Below, piece after piece: positions 1-7,650 of a stretch of 36,294 bases of DNA. Every line of letters begins with the position of its first letter. The stretch's first letter is position 1. This stretch comes from a virus (Duplodnaviria; Caudoviricetes). A model generated the notes under the pieces. That model was not told where the DNA came from and ran no database searches. It saw only the letters and a list, made by a program, of their open reading frames with translations. The stretch is taken from the IMG/VR virus record IMGVR_UViG_3300025103_000069, positions 1 through 36,294 of that record. One strand, 5' to 3'. Both the position numbers and the translations under genes were made by a program.

Positions 1-45
1 TGTGCGGATGTAGCTGATGAATGAAGATGATTGGTAGGTAAGCAT
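1..45 (-). CDS. possible 5' end of an early gene running off the window (MLTYQSSSFISYIRT...)
   Basis: ATG at 45, open to the window edge, same strand as neighbouring genes; too short to verify. Confidence 0.3.
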   Translation of the reverse strand, partial: MLTYQSSSFISYIRT

Positions 46-134
46 GTGTATGTGAAATAAAGGTGAATAGTGGTAGACGTGAAGTCTACATCTAACCAAA
101 CAAATGGCTAGAGGTAAACATCAGAACGAGTTCC

Positions 135-353
135 TTAAGAGTAAGCGTACATAAACTCAGACAACGTAAACGTGTCGTCAGTTCCTGTCTCAGTTACAAG
201 TTCAGCGTGTGACAAAGCATTGAGATAGTCAAGATGTTCGTCAAGTGTGAAGTCATCGTCGGTAGGCTCAACGTCATGCATAAGCTGGATATACTCAGCT
301 TGCAATGCATCGACAAGCTGTTGGTGTGAGTAGTCAGTTGGAAGTGTTTGCAT
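135..353 (-). CDS. small, very acidic early hypothetical protein (72 aa)
   Basis: ORF track; ATG lies 6 nt after a TATCAT -10 box; D/E-rich. Confidence 0.75.
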   Translation of the reverse strand: MQTLPTDYSHQQLVDALQAEYIQLMHDVEPTDDDFTLDEHLDYLNALSHAELVTETGTDDTFTLSEFMYAYS

Positions 354-359
354 GAATTA

Positions 360-402
360 ATGATAGCAGATGAAGGGAAGGAAGTCAAGCGGTAGTGGAC
401 AG
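360..402 (-). promoter_or_regulatory. host sigma70-type early promoter P3
   Basis: minus strand CTGTCCAC-N6-TTGACT-N17-TATCAT with extended -10 TG. Confidence 0.8.
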
Positions 403-403
403 C

Positions 404-547
404 TTAGTGATTGTCTGAGATGGTGAATGAGGAAGATTCGCAACGCTCAATCAAACCATCACGAATGGCTTGACGATAGTAATACTCACGTTGCAGTTGC
501 TCGTGATATCTCTTGGTAGCTGAGGCGATGAGTTGTTCTTTGTTCAT
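404..547 (-). CDS. small early hypothetical protein (47 aa, MNKEQLIASATKRYHEQLQREYYYRQAIRDGLIERC...)
   Basis: translated by hand (below the ORF-track cutoff); ATG 6 nt after the -10 box of P2; fills the gap between two promoters. Confidence 0.65.
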   Translation of the reverse strand: MNKEQLIASATKRYHEQLQREYYYRQAIRDGLIERCESSSFTISDNH

Positions 548-553
548 GCTGTT

Positions 554-596
554 AGTATGGCAGAGATTGGCGGGAAAGTCAAGCAGTGGTGGACAG
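554..596 (-). promoter_or_regulatory. host sigma70-type early promoter P2
   Basis: minus strand CTGTCCAC-N6-TTGACT-N17-CATACT with extended -10 TG. Confidence 0.8.
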
Positions 597-767
597 TTAT
601 CTAAGTGGTTGATAGTACGTGTGTTCTACGCTCTCGCTTATTTCATGATGCTGAATACCATTAATCTTTGCTGGTTTGTTACGCTTACCCTTTGGCACTT
701 TGTTACACCATAACAATGTACGCATAGGCTTAGCTCCGAGTGTGAATGTGACTTCCTTTAGTTTCAT
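597..767 (-). CDS. small basic early hypothetical protein (56 aa, MKLKEVTFTLGAKPMRTLLWCNKVPKGKRNK...)
   Basis: hand-translated; TAATG overlap with the upstream ORF. Confidence 0.55.
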   Translation of the reverse strand: MKLKEVTFTLGAKPMRTLLWCNKVPKGKRNKPAKINGIQHHEISESVEHTYYQPLR

Positions 768-916
768 TAGTTTGTGTCTTTGTAGATGTAATCAACTGAA
801 GCATGTGGATATGTATTACTCCACAATGCTATTGAATGATATGCACGCTCTTCATCAATGCATACCTCAAGCAACTTACGCTTACCCTCACTGTCTAACA
901 TGTAAACATGGAACAT
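767..916 (-). CDS. small early hypothetical protein (49 aa, MFHVYMLDSEGKRKLLEVCIDEERAY...)
   Basis: hand-translated; starts 3 nt after the upstream stop and is coupled to the next ORF. Confidence 0.55.
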   Translation of the reverse strand: MFHVYMLDSEGKRKLLEVCIDEERAYHSIALWSNTYPHASVDYIYKDTN

Positions 917-919
917 AAC

Positions 920-1249
920 TCAAACCCTCGCAAATGTATATCCATTCTCAAACTGATGGATTAACTTATCATCAGTGATGAACCACTCAAACTTATGTTG
1001 GTACACACTACATGTGAACCCATCACACAATCCATTGATGATTGCATTGAGTCGTGACTTGGTTGTATTACTTTGCCAACCTCCATCATATACTTCAACC
1101 TCTTTATCACTAATGCTTGCAATATGATTACAATGTAGATGAACTGAAGTAACACCTATCGTACTGTCATAGTATACAGCAGTGTTATCTTTCTTCCAAT
1201 CTTTACGCTGTTTGATAGCGTCAATCATCTGCTGTTCAATTAGTCGCAT
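920..1249 (-). CDS. conserved cyanophage early hypothetical protein (DGGWQSNTTKSRLNA motif)
   Basis: motif recalled from cyanophage early proteins; start moved to ATG 1249 (GGAGAG RBS) because ATG 1273 abuts the -10 box. Confidence 0.8.
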   Translation of the reverse strand: MRLIEQQMIDAIKQRKDWKKDNTAVYYDSTIGVTSVHLHCNHIASISDKEVEVYDGGWQSNTTKSRLNAIINGLCDGFTCSVYQHKFEWFITDDKLIHQFENGYTFARV

Positions 1250-1273
1250 GCTCTCTCCGTTGGTGATGTACAT

Positions 1274-1316
1274 AGTATGGCACAGCTCACACCATAAGTC
1301 AACATGGCGTGGACAG
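1274..1316 (-). promoter_or_regulatory. host sigma70-type early promoter P1
   Basis: minus strand CTGTCCAC-N6-TTGACT-N17-CATACT with extended -10 TG. Confidence 0.8.
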
Positions 1317-1647
1317 TTCGCTTACTGCGCTAACACGTAAGCGTTACGTATACGTTACGTATCCGTGCCACTAAGTAATGCGCATACAGATGTTTTGAGA
1401 ATCATTATCATTATCAATACACAATAACGATACGTATTCGTACCGCAAATAAATAAATTAATCCGCTCGCGCTACGCGCTCGCTCCGCTGCATACTATAC
1501 ATGATCATACATTATTGTACAGTACGAATGCGTATTAAAGGGAGCGAGCGAAGCGAGCGGGCTGTAATCAGTATATTTTATACCCCTATGGGGGTTTTAT
1601 TAGGATTACTTATATAAAGATAGACCTGAGACATTTTTGTCATTTTT
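1317..1647. repeat. non-coding palindrome/inverted-repeat block, probable genome-end (terminal repeat) junction
   Basis: no ORF; inverted pairs 1430-1443/1522-1535 and 1463-1486/1541-1560; ACCCC-TATG-GGGGT at 1582-1595; lies between the last late gene and the first early promoter. Confidence 0.55.
1395..1417. promoter_or_regulatory. Fur-box-like operator 1
   Basis: reverse complement of 1397-1415 is GATAATGATAATGATTCTC, 17/19 to the classical GATAATGATAATCATTATC. Confidence 0.5.
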
Positions 1648-2304
1648 TTACGAGGTAATTGCTCGCACTTCGTGCTCGCCGGGCCACATTGCTTCTGAAA
1701 CAAGAGGAAAATGAGTACGTATTAAACCTTTAACGCCAGTTGCAATCAATTGATGTTCATATTGAGTCCCGTTAGCGCATCTTAGCGCAGTATAATGCAA
1801 CCAAGAGCGGAGAGTACCGTTCATATAGAGTTTAGTAGGTGTACTAAGGGGTAGAACATCTCTTGCACATTCTTTAGCGACACCAGCGGCTAACATTTCG
1901 TTATAGAGTGCTAATGATTGATCAAATAGGTCTTGAGTACGTATTTGGAACTCTTGTTGAGTAAATTCATTAAGATCATCAATACTATTCTGTCTATTTG
2001 AAGTATCTTGCCGTCTAAAGTTAGGTAATGATGGCGTGTTAACGACTTGAGCGTATCTTTGACTAAACTCTTGAAAACTAAAAGATCTATGTCTTAAGAT
2101 TTGACTAGCAACACTTCTGGTAGTGTCAATCTGTACACACATACTAACCATTTCAAAGGGTGACCAATGATTATGTTTAATAAGATATTTAATTAATTTA
2201 ATACAATCAGGATTATCTTGATTATCAGGATTAGATACTCTAGCCATATAAGCTATCAATTGTTCAGCATCAGGAGTGACATGAACTAACTCTACATTAT
2301 GCAT
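1648..2304 (-). CDS. thyX: FAD-dependent thymidylate synthase
   Basis: HWSPFE and RHRSFSFQEFSQRY (RHRx7S) ThyX signature; AKECARDVLP. Confidence 0.95.
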   Translation of the reverse strand: MHNVELVHVTPDAEQLIAYMARVSNPDNQDNPDCIKLIKYLIKHNHWSPFEMVSMCVQIDTTRSVASQILRHRSFSFQEFSQRYAQVVNTPSLPNFRRQDTSNRQNSIDDLNEFTQQEFQIRTQDLFDQSLALYNEMLAAGVAKECARDVLPLSTPTKLYMNGTLRSWLHYTALRCANGTQYEHQLIATGVKGLIRTHFPLVSEAMWPGEHEVRAITS

Positions 2305-2550
2305 ACAGTAGTATAAGTTGTGGTGGGATTAATGTTTGTGGTGGGATGTTTAATAAGTTCTCACGGGATTCATCTTATTAAAGAAGGTGTTTATAAAGAA
2401 TGAAGAAGAGGGAGTGTTTGTCTTTGTGTCTTTGGATCCTCCTCACTCTTCATTAGAGAAAGAAGGAGGAATGAGAGCTTGTCTCGAATTCCTCCCCGTT
2501 CGGGGAGTCGGGTCCACCCTTCCCTTCCCCCCTATAAGGGTCGGACCGTT

Positions 2551-4275
2551 CTAAACCCACGTAGGTATTGAGTTTTTACCACCACCTTTAGATTGTTGTC
2601 TTTGTTCTAAATTCATACCCATAACGAGATGATTAGCGGAAGCTTGAGGATCATCAAAGAATTCTTCTAGCATTGAATTCCATTCATTACGTTTCCTATC
2701 TTTAATAGCTTCTAGGGCAGAGATACCCATTGCATCTGTATAATATTGAACACCTTGAGCGAGAGCATCTAATCTATCATCATGTCTAATTGCACCTTTT
2801 TCACGACACATCCTAGACATTTGATAAAATAACATATAAAGAAGACGTTCTTCTGGAGCAGCTTGTGGGTTAGATTTAAAGTCCCATTCAATTACCGAAC
2901 GATCAATAACGAGTCGGTGTTGGTTGAGGATGGGTTCAAGGGAGTCAATGATTCGATCTTCCTTTCTAACATTTGCTCTAACTTCTTCAATATCAATATT
3001 TTGTCTTGTTTGGATAAGATGCTTTCTGAAAAGCTCACTAACAATACCATCACCAAAGTTAGTTTCAATAAGAAGTTTAGTAACGCCATATTTCTTACAA
3101 CCTTTTAAAATATCAAGTAATGTGTTGTCGGAGTATCCGTCTCTGTAAGCACGCATGTCGTGCAAGTACAAGAAACCGTTACGTTGGGAGATATAAGCTG
3201 CTGCCGTTTCATCCGATCCACGACCCGACGGGTCAACAGAGCAGATTGTTTCTTGGTAAGGATCCCATGTTCCTTGTAACTGCATTGGAGAGTAGAAATA
3301 ATCTCCAGGGAGTCCAACAATGGGGAGGTCTTTGATAACGTTTTGTGGATCTGAGCACCAAACAACGGATTCGGGAGCAGTAGTGGGATTAACGCTAGTG
3401 ACGATAAGGTCAGAGCATTTAAGAGGGAATTTTTCAGCATCGGATAAACTCGTATCTAACATGAACTGCAACATAAAGTTGCTACGACCCATTGACGCTT
3501 CACGTTCAATCAGGTCATCATTATCAAATCTATCATCAGTTACATCCCATTGTTCAGCACCTTGATCAATATCTTGTACCAATTGAGGCGCTAACAAGCC
3601 TTCGTATTGTGTCACCTTTCTTGGATACCTAGCAGGCCAAACAAAGGGCTTGTAGGCCCGTTCAGCTAGTTTGCGATAAACGGTAAAAGTAGTTTGGGGG
3701 GTACCCAGAAACATAATACGACTATCATTCTTGGGAGTAAGGATAGATTCAGCTTCTGTACATAATTGTAAAAGTTTCTCTCTCATAAATTCTGTCATTG
3801 AGTTGCCTGGAACCTCAATGTCGTCCAGAATCATTAAATCAGCACGACTACCGGTAAGCTGACCAGTAATACCCACTGATTTAACAGAAGGGGCTTGGTG
3901 AGGGGAGCAAGCAACATCAAATGAGATACGACTCCAACGGGAGTCATCAGATTTTGGGCGCAAATGTACCAACCAGGGTGTTTCAATGATTAATTTTTGT
4001 AGGAAGATTGACATGTTATCTGCACGTTCTTTAGATGCAGATATGATCATTATTTTCTTTTCGGGGTTATTAAATAAAGTCCAAAGAACAAAAGCACCAG
4101 TAATCCAGCTCTTACCAACTCCCCGAAATGCTTGGATTTGTAAACGCTTTGGACCATGTTGAAGGTAATCAGCAATTGCATATTGAGCACGTGTAGGGTT
4201 TGGTAGATCTAATTCACTCCATAATGCTTGTAGGAATAGCTTAAAATCGTCTTTAAGGAGGTCTAAAGTGTTCAT
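2551..4275 (-). CDS. terL: terminase large subunit (T7 gp19-like)
   Basis: Walker A AFRGVGKS, GQLTGSRAD, Walker B ILDDIE, nuclease motifs VDPSGRGSDE and HDDRLDALA. Confidence 0.96.
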   Translation of the reverse strand: MNTLDLLKDDFKLFLQALWSELDLPNPTRAQYAIADYLQHGPKRLQIQAFRGVGKSWITGAFVLWTLFNNPEKKIMIISASKERADNMSIFLQKLIIETPWLVHLRPKSDDSRWSRISFDVACSPHQAPSVKSVGITGQLTGSRADLMILDDIEVPGNSMTEFMREKLLQLCTEAESILTPKNDSRIMFLGTPQTTFTVYRKLAERAYKPFVWPARYPRKVTQYEGLLAPQLVQDIDQGAEQWDVTDDRFDNDDLIEREASMGRSNFMLQFMLDTSLSDAEKFPLKCSDLIVTSVNPTTAPESVVWCSDPQNVIKDLPIVGLPGDYFYSPMQLQGTWDPYQETICSVDPSGRGSDETAAAYISQRNGFLYLHDMRAYRDGYSDNTLLDILKGCKKYGVTKLLIETNFGDGIVSELFRKHLIQTRQNIDIEEVRANVRKEDRIIDSLEPILNQHRLVIDRSVIEWDFKSNPQAAPEERLLYMLFYQMSRMCREKGAIRHDDRLDALAQGVQYYTDAMGISALEAIKDRKRNEWNSMLEEFFDDPQASANHLVMGMNLEQRQQSKGGGKNSIPTWV

Positions 4276-4309
4276 AGGTAGAATCTAGCGTGTAGGGGGT
4301 TAGGAGGGC

Positions 4310-5656
4310 TTACAGGCCCAATGGAGAGGCCAGACGAACAGCAGAGCCAAAGAAACTGAACGCTTGTTTGCCAAGGTATTCAAATTCATTAAGTGGGTCA
4401 CTAGCTATTTTTTCTAAAGTAGAGGGTTCACGTTTAGTAATTGTAGTTTGATAAGGATCAGGTCGTTTAGGTTGGATACGACCAGCTTTAATATCAGTAT
4501 CACGTTCTCTACGTTTATCTCTTTCAATACGATTTTCAGCAAGCATTCCTACACCACCAAGAGCTGCAGAGGCACCAGCTAATGGTGGAACAACTAAAGA
4601 AGCAAGACCTAAAACACCTGAAGCAGCATTAAGACCTGAAGCAATTTGTTCTTTTCCAGTTTTAGTTACAGTACCATAAGTACCTGTAGTTGCTGCCGCA
4701 GCGTCACTAAGAGCATTAACTGATGTTAAAACAAGACCTGCTTTACCGATACCTGGTGCTAATTTAACAACGCTTTTACTAAAATCAAAAACACTTTGTA
4801 ATCGTGATGTTAAAGGTACTTCTTCAATTATATTAGAAGGTAAGTCAAGATCTGAAACTAATTTGTTTAAACCTTCTTGTGTTAACTCTGTGTTGTCTAA
4901 AAGTTTTTTAAAAGCTTCAGGGTTTTTAGCTAATTCTGGGTTTTGACGGATAGCTTCAATTGCAGCCGCGTTTTGTGGTGCACCTACAGAAGCCAGTTCA
5001 GGGCTAGTTAAAATTTTACCTGACTGATTAATTCTAAATTTATCTAATACTTCTTCAGAAGTTATAGCTGCTTCAACAGTAGCATCCGCCATACCTGCAA
5101 CAGTACTCGCAGGTTTAGGTGTTAAAGCTTTATCTAATAAATGAACACCACCTTGATGAAACGGTTTTAGAATACCTTTAGCATTAGGATCTACATTACC
5201 AGGTCTTAATTTTACTTTTCGTTTAATTAAACCACTTTCAAGGCGATCATCATATTCAACCCATTGAGGTGCATCAAATTGAATAACTTGGTCTGCAGTT
5301 ATTTTTACACCAAGACCATGGTGTGATTCTATTAATGCCGAGATGCCTGCAAGTTCAGGAAATTCTTTATTAGCTGCTCGCCAGGCATCATGTGTTAAAG
5401 GTTTGTTGCTATCAGTCAATAATTGAGAAAGATTAGCATTAAACTGTTTGACAGCTTTTTTAATATTTTTATTGATTTGTTTTAATCTTCTTTTATCAAC
5501 AGCATCTTGTTTAGATTCAACCCATTCTCTTTCACGATCTAAGTATTTACTTAATTCTTGAATTCTAACACTAAGTGTTTCTGCTTTAGTACCTGAAACT
5601 TTGTTTAACGTGCCTTGAAACCGTTGCAATGATTTCAAACGATCATTAAAATCCAT
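4310..5656 (-). CDS. hypothetical protein (448 aa) with a possible His-Me/HNH-like segment and a Gly/Ala-rich hydrophobic C-terminal region
   Basis: long ORF coupled (TAATG) to the HNH gene; SHH...GN...N...HQGGVH pattern. Confidence 0.6.
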   Translation of the reverse strand: MDFNDRLKSLQRFQGTLNKVSGTKAETLSVRIQELSKYLDREREWVESKQDAVDKRRLKQINKNIKKAVKQFNANLSQLLTDSNKPLTHDAWRAANKEFPELAGISALIESHHGLGVKITADQVIQFDAPQWVEYDDRLESGLIKRKVKLRPGNVDPNAKGILKPFHQGGVHLLDKALTPKPASTVAGMADATVEAAITSEEVLDKFRINQSGKILTSPELASVGAPQNAAAIEAIRQNPELAKNPEAFKKLLDNTELTQEGLNKLVSDLDLPSNIIEEVPLTSRLQSVFDFSKSVVKLAPGIGKAGLVLTSVNALSDAAAATTGTYGTVTKTGKEQIASGLNAASGVLGLASLVVPPLAGASAALGGVGMLAENRIERDKRRERDTDIKAGRIQPKRPDPYQTTITKREPSTLEKIASDPLNEFEYLGKQAFSFFGSAVRLASPLGL

Positions 5657-5985
5657 TAATTAATATACTCCATAATTAGTTTTTCACGGAGTCTATTAAC
5701 TCCAAATTTAGTTCTCATCCAACTGAGGACGGGTGTACTTCCTTTATCCTGATTACATCTAGTACAGGCGCATACAACATTTGTTGCGACATCCTCACCG
5801 CCACGTGCGCGAGGATGAACATGATCGATAGATAACTGACTAAGGTCATAAGTTTTTCCGCAATAGATACAAGTATGGTCAAAGTGTTCCTTAATAGAGC
5901 GTCTCCACAGACGCTTAGCTTCTGGTGAGGTCATGGCTATTAAGTTGTATAGGTAATCTTTAGGGGTAGGAAGTAGGGGAGTCAT
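5656..5985 (-). CDS. HNH endonuclease
   Basis: CIYCG...IDHVHPRARGG...NVVCACTRCNQDK. Confidence 0.92.
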   Translation of the reverse strand: MTPLLPTPKDYLYNLIAMTSPEAKRLWRRSIKEHFDHTCIYCGKTYDLSQLSIDHVHPRARGGEDVATNVVCACTRCNQDKGSTPVLSWMRTKFGVNRLREKLIMEYIN

Positions 5986-6218
5986 GCGCGTCCTTTACGT
6001 GCTCTGTTTTTTGATGCTGCTTCGAGGAATGTCTTTCCATTTTTCTTATGGGATACATCCTTGCCATCACCGTTACCGTAGGTTCCACGTTTACGGTTTT
6101 CTTTATTTAATGCAGACCGTTTAGAGATCTGTAATTTAGAGCCATCATATTTCTTTTGGTAAGATTTATAATTACCATTAGCATATTTAGCTCCACTATA
6201 ACTAGACTTTCGAGCCAT
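5982..6218 (-). CDS. small basic protein with a degenerate HNH-like motif
   Basis: GDGKDVSHKKNG...ASKNRAR; start chosen at MARKS (6218). Confidence 0.65.
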   Translation of the reverse strand: MARKSSYSGAKYANGNYKSYQKKYDGSKLQISKRSALNKENRKRGTYGNGDGKDVSHKKNGKTFLEAASKNRARKGRA

Positions 6219-6450
6219 ATAGTCTCCGTTGTACAAGTTCAGGATCTACAGTTGGCATAATACTAACTAATTTATCTAGTGGGCTACCTTCAAAGGCGAC
6301 ACCACTAATATCATTTTTAGATAACCAATCACAAGCTGCTTTTAGATCTTGTGTAGAAGCCTCACCCGATTTAATACGGGCAAGGAATTCTTTTGTGACA
6401 AGATTATGCAACTCATTGAACTGGTCTTCAGTTGCTTTCTTGTTTGTCAT
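6202..6450 (-). CDS. terminase small subunit (T7 gp18-like)
   Basis: KATEDQFNELH...ARIKSGEASTQDLKAACDWLSKNDI pattern; position upstream of terL. Confidence 0.8.
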   Translation of the reverse strand: MTNKKATEDQFNELHNLVTKEFLARIKSGEASTQDLKAACDWLSKNDISGVAFEGSPLDKLVSIMPTVDPELVQRRLYGSKV

Positions 6451-6614
6451 TTAGCCTTTTTAGCTTTAGCTTTAGGTTTAGCTGGTGCTTTAATCTCGTA
6501 ACGTGTTTCGTTAGGTTCATGTACTAGGTGTGATTCAGCACGTTCTGCTTTAGCTTGAGTTTCGTATGTACCGATAACTTTATCAGTATATGAATCAATA
6601 ATTTGATAAGACAT
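6447..6614 (-). CDS. microprotein (55 aa) with an Ala/Lys-rich tail (MSYQIIDSYTDKVIGTY...PAKPKAKAKKAK)
   Basis: hand-translated; ATGA overlap with terS. Confidence 0.65.
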   Translation of the reverse strand: MSYQIIDSYTDKVIGTYETQAKAERAESHLVHEPNETRYEIKAPAKPKAKAKKAK

Positions 6615-6616
6615 AA

Positions 6617-6757
6617 TTATACGTTATAACCTTTACGTTCGCTAGGAAGCTTAGCTTTTTTAGGTAGATCTTTCCACTGCAAAGGATCTCCAGGTTTCGT
6701 CTGTTTTGGCCGATCTTTCATTTCTTGGATGTAAGATTTTTTTCCGCCTCTTGGCAT
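6617..6757 (-). CDS. basic microprotein (46 aa, MPRGGKKSYIQEMKDRPKQ...)
   Basis: hand-translated; fills the gap between neighbours with 2-nt spacing on each side. Confidence 0.55.
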   Translation of the reverse strand: MPRGGKKSYIQEMKDRPKQTKPGDPLQWKDLPKKAKLPSERKGYNV

Positions 6758-6759
6758 GA

Positions 6760-7008
6760 TTAATTCCTCAATACGATTTGATCTAATTTGTTTTCTATGC
6801 GTACCATATGGTCTTCCATACGTTGCACCATCACTGATAAGTCAGCTTTGGATACGTAGTCTTGAGCTACGCTTAATTCAATAGCATCAATACGTCTGTC
6901 AAGACCACTAATGCGATCATGTACGTTATTTATTCGATTGTGTAGTCTGTTGTTAAGAGCTGCTCCACCGCCTATTAATGCGACAAGAGCAGTAACTGCT
7001 GCTTCCAT
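6760..7008 (-). CDS. membrane-anchored coiled-coil protein (holin-like candidate)
   Basis: hydrophobic N-terminus followed by heptad coiled coil; late position before terS. Confidence 0.65.
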   Translation of the reverse strand: MEAAVTALVALIGGGAALNNRLHNRINNVHDRISGLDRRIDAIELSVAQDYVSKADLSVMVQRMEDHMVRIENKLDQIVLRN

Positions 7009-7650
7009 CTATTCAAGTGCCACGATAGGTACAATGTCATTACATAAGATTTCAACACGTGATCCAGGTCTAAAGGTAAATCCTTTTTGCATGATCTCTG
7101 TACATTTTAATGCTCTAACTAATTCATAGTCAAGGCGCATCTTTTGTTCGTGTTTACGGGCGATAGCTTTACAGGTTTCAGTCATGCCACCATCTAATGG
7201 CACTGAAAAACTGATCTGTGCTCCCCAGTTATTACTTTTGGTATAACTATCACGTTTCATAGGTGTTGTATCGTTACCCATATAAAACGGTGAGAACTGC
7301 ATGGTTGTACCATTACAGCTGTTATTACCACTAAAGTATTGTCTAGACGGTGCTCCGTTATTTTGAAACTGCACCGCCTGATTAGTGACGTTACCAGTAG
7401 CTGCTGCTACAGGACTAGATGTATTTTTAACTGTTGGTTCTTCTGCGTAAGCAGGGCTTACTGTGAGAAGATTGATAATGAGGTAGTAGTAGAAACCTGT
7501 TCGATAGTTTCGTTGATATCGATTGTCTCTACGACTCCTGCTGCTCTTTCCACCAGTTCTAGTTGAAACTGTTCCCCAGCATTTGTTACTGAATAAGTTG
7601 TGGAGCTGTTTAAGATGTCTCCACTTGGTGTTACGTTTGTTCCTGACCAT
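7009..7650 (-). CDS. conserved cyanophage secreted-type hypothetical protein; start uncertain
   Basis: internal signal-peptide-like YYYLIINLLTVSPAYA; Cys-containing C-terminus (LDYELVRALKC). Confidence 0.65.
   Translation of the reverse strand: MVRNKRNTKWRHLKQLHNLFSNKCWGTVSTRTGGKSSRSRRDNRYQRNYRTGFYYYLIINLLTVSPAYAEEPTVKNTSSPVAAATGNVTNQAVQFQNNGAPSRQYFSGNNSCNGTTMQFSPFYMGNDTTPMKRDSYTKSNNWGAQISFSVPLDGGMTETCKAIARKHEQKMRLDYELVRALKCTEIMQKGFTFRPGSRVEILCNDIVPIVALE

Noticed and set aside
679-888. 13-nt direct repeat TTACGCTTACCCT at 679-691 and 876-888
   Set aside because: Only two copies, both encoding GKR in small ORFs; no array structure, may be chance.
1250-1273. ORF-track start at 1273 (MYITNGES...)
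   Set aside because: This ATG directly abuts the -10 hexamer, so it would lie upstream of the TSS. ATG 1249 has an RBS.
1-1316. host chromosome flank or prophage junction
   Set aside because: The small ORFs are phage-like, co-oriented and driven by repeated early-type promoters. No att site, tRNA or housekeeping gene is visible.
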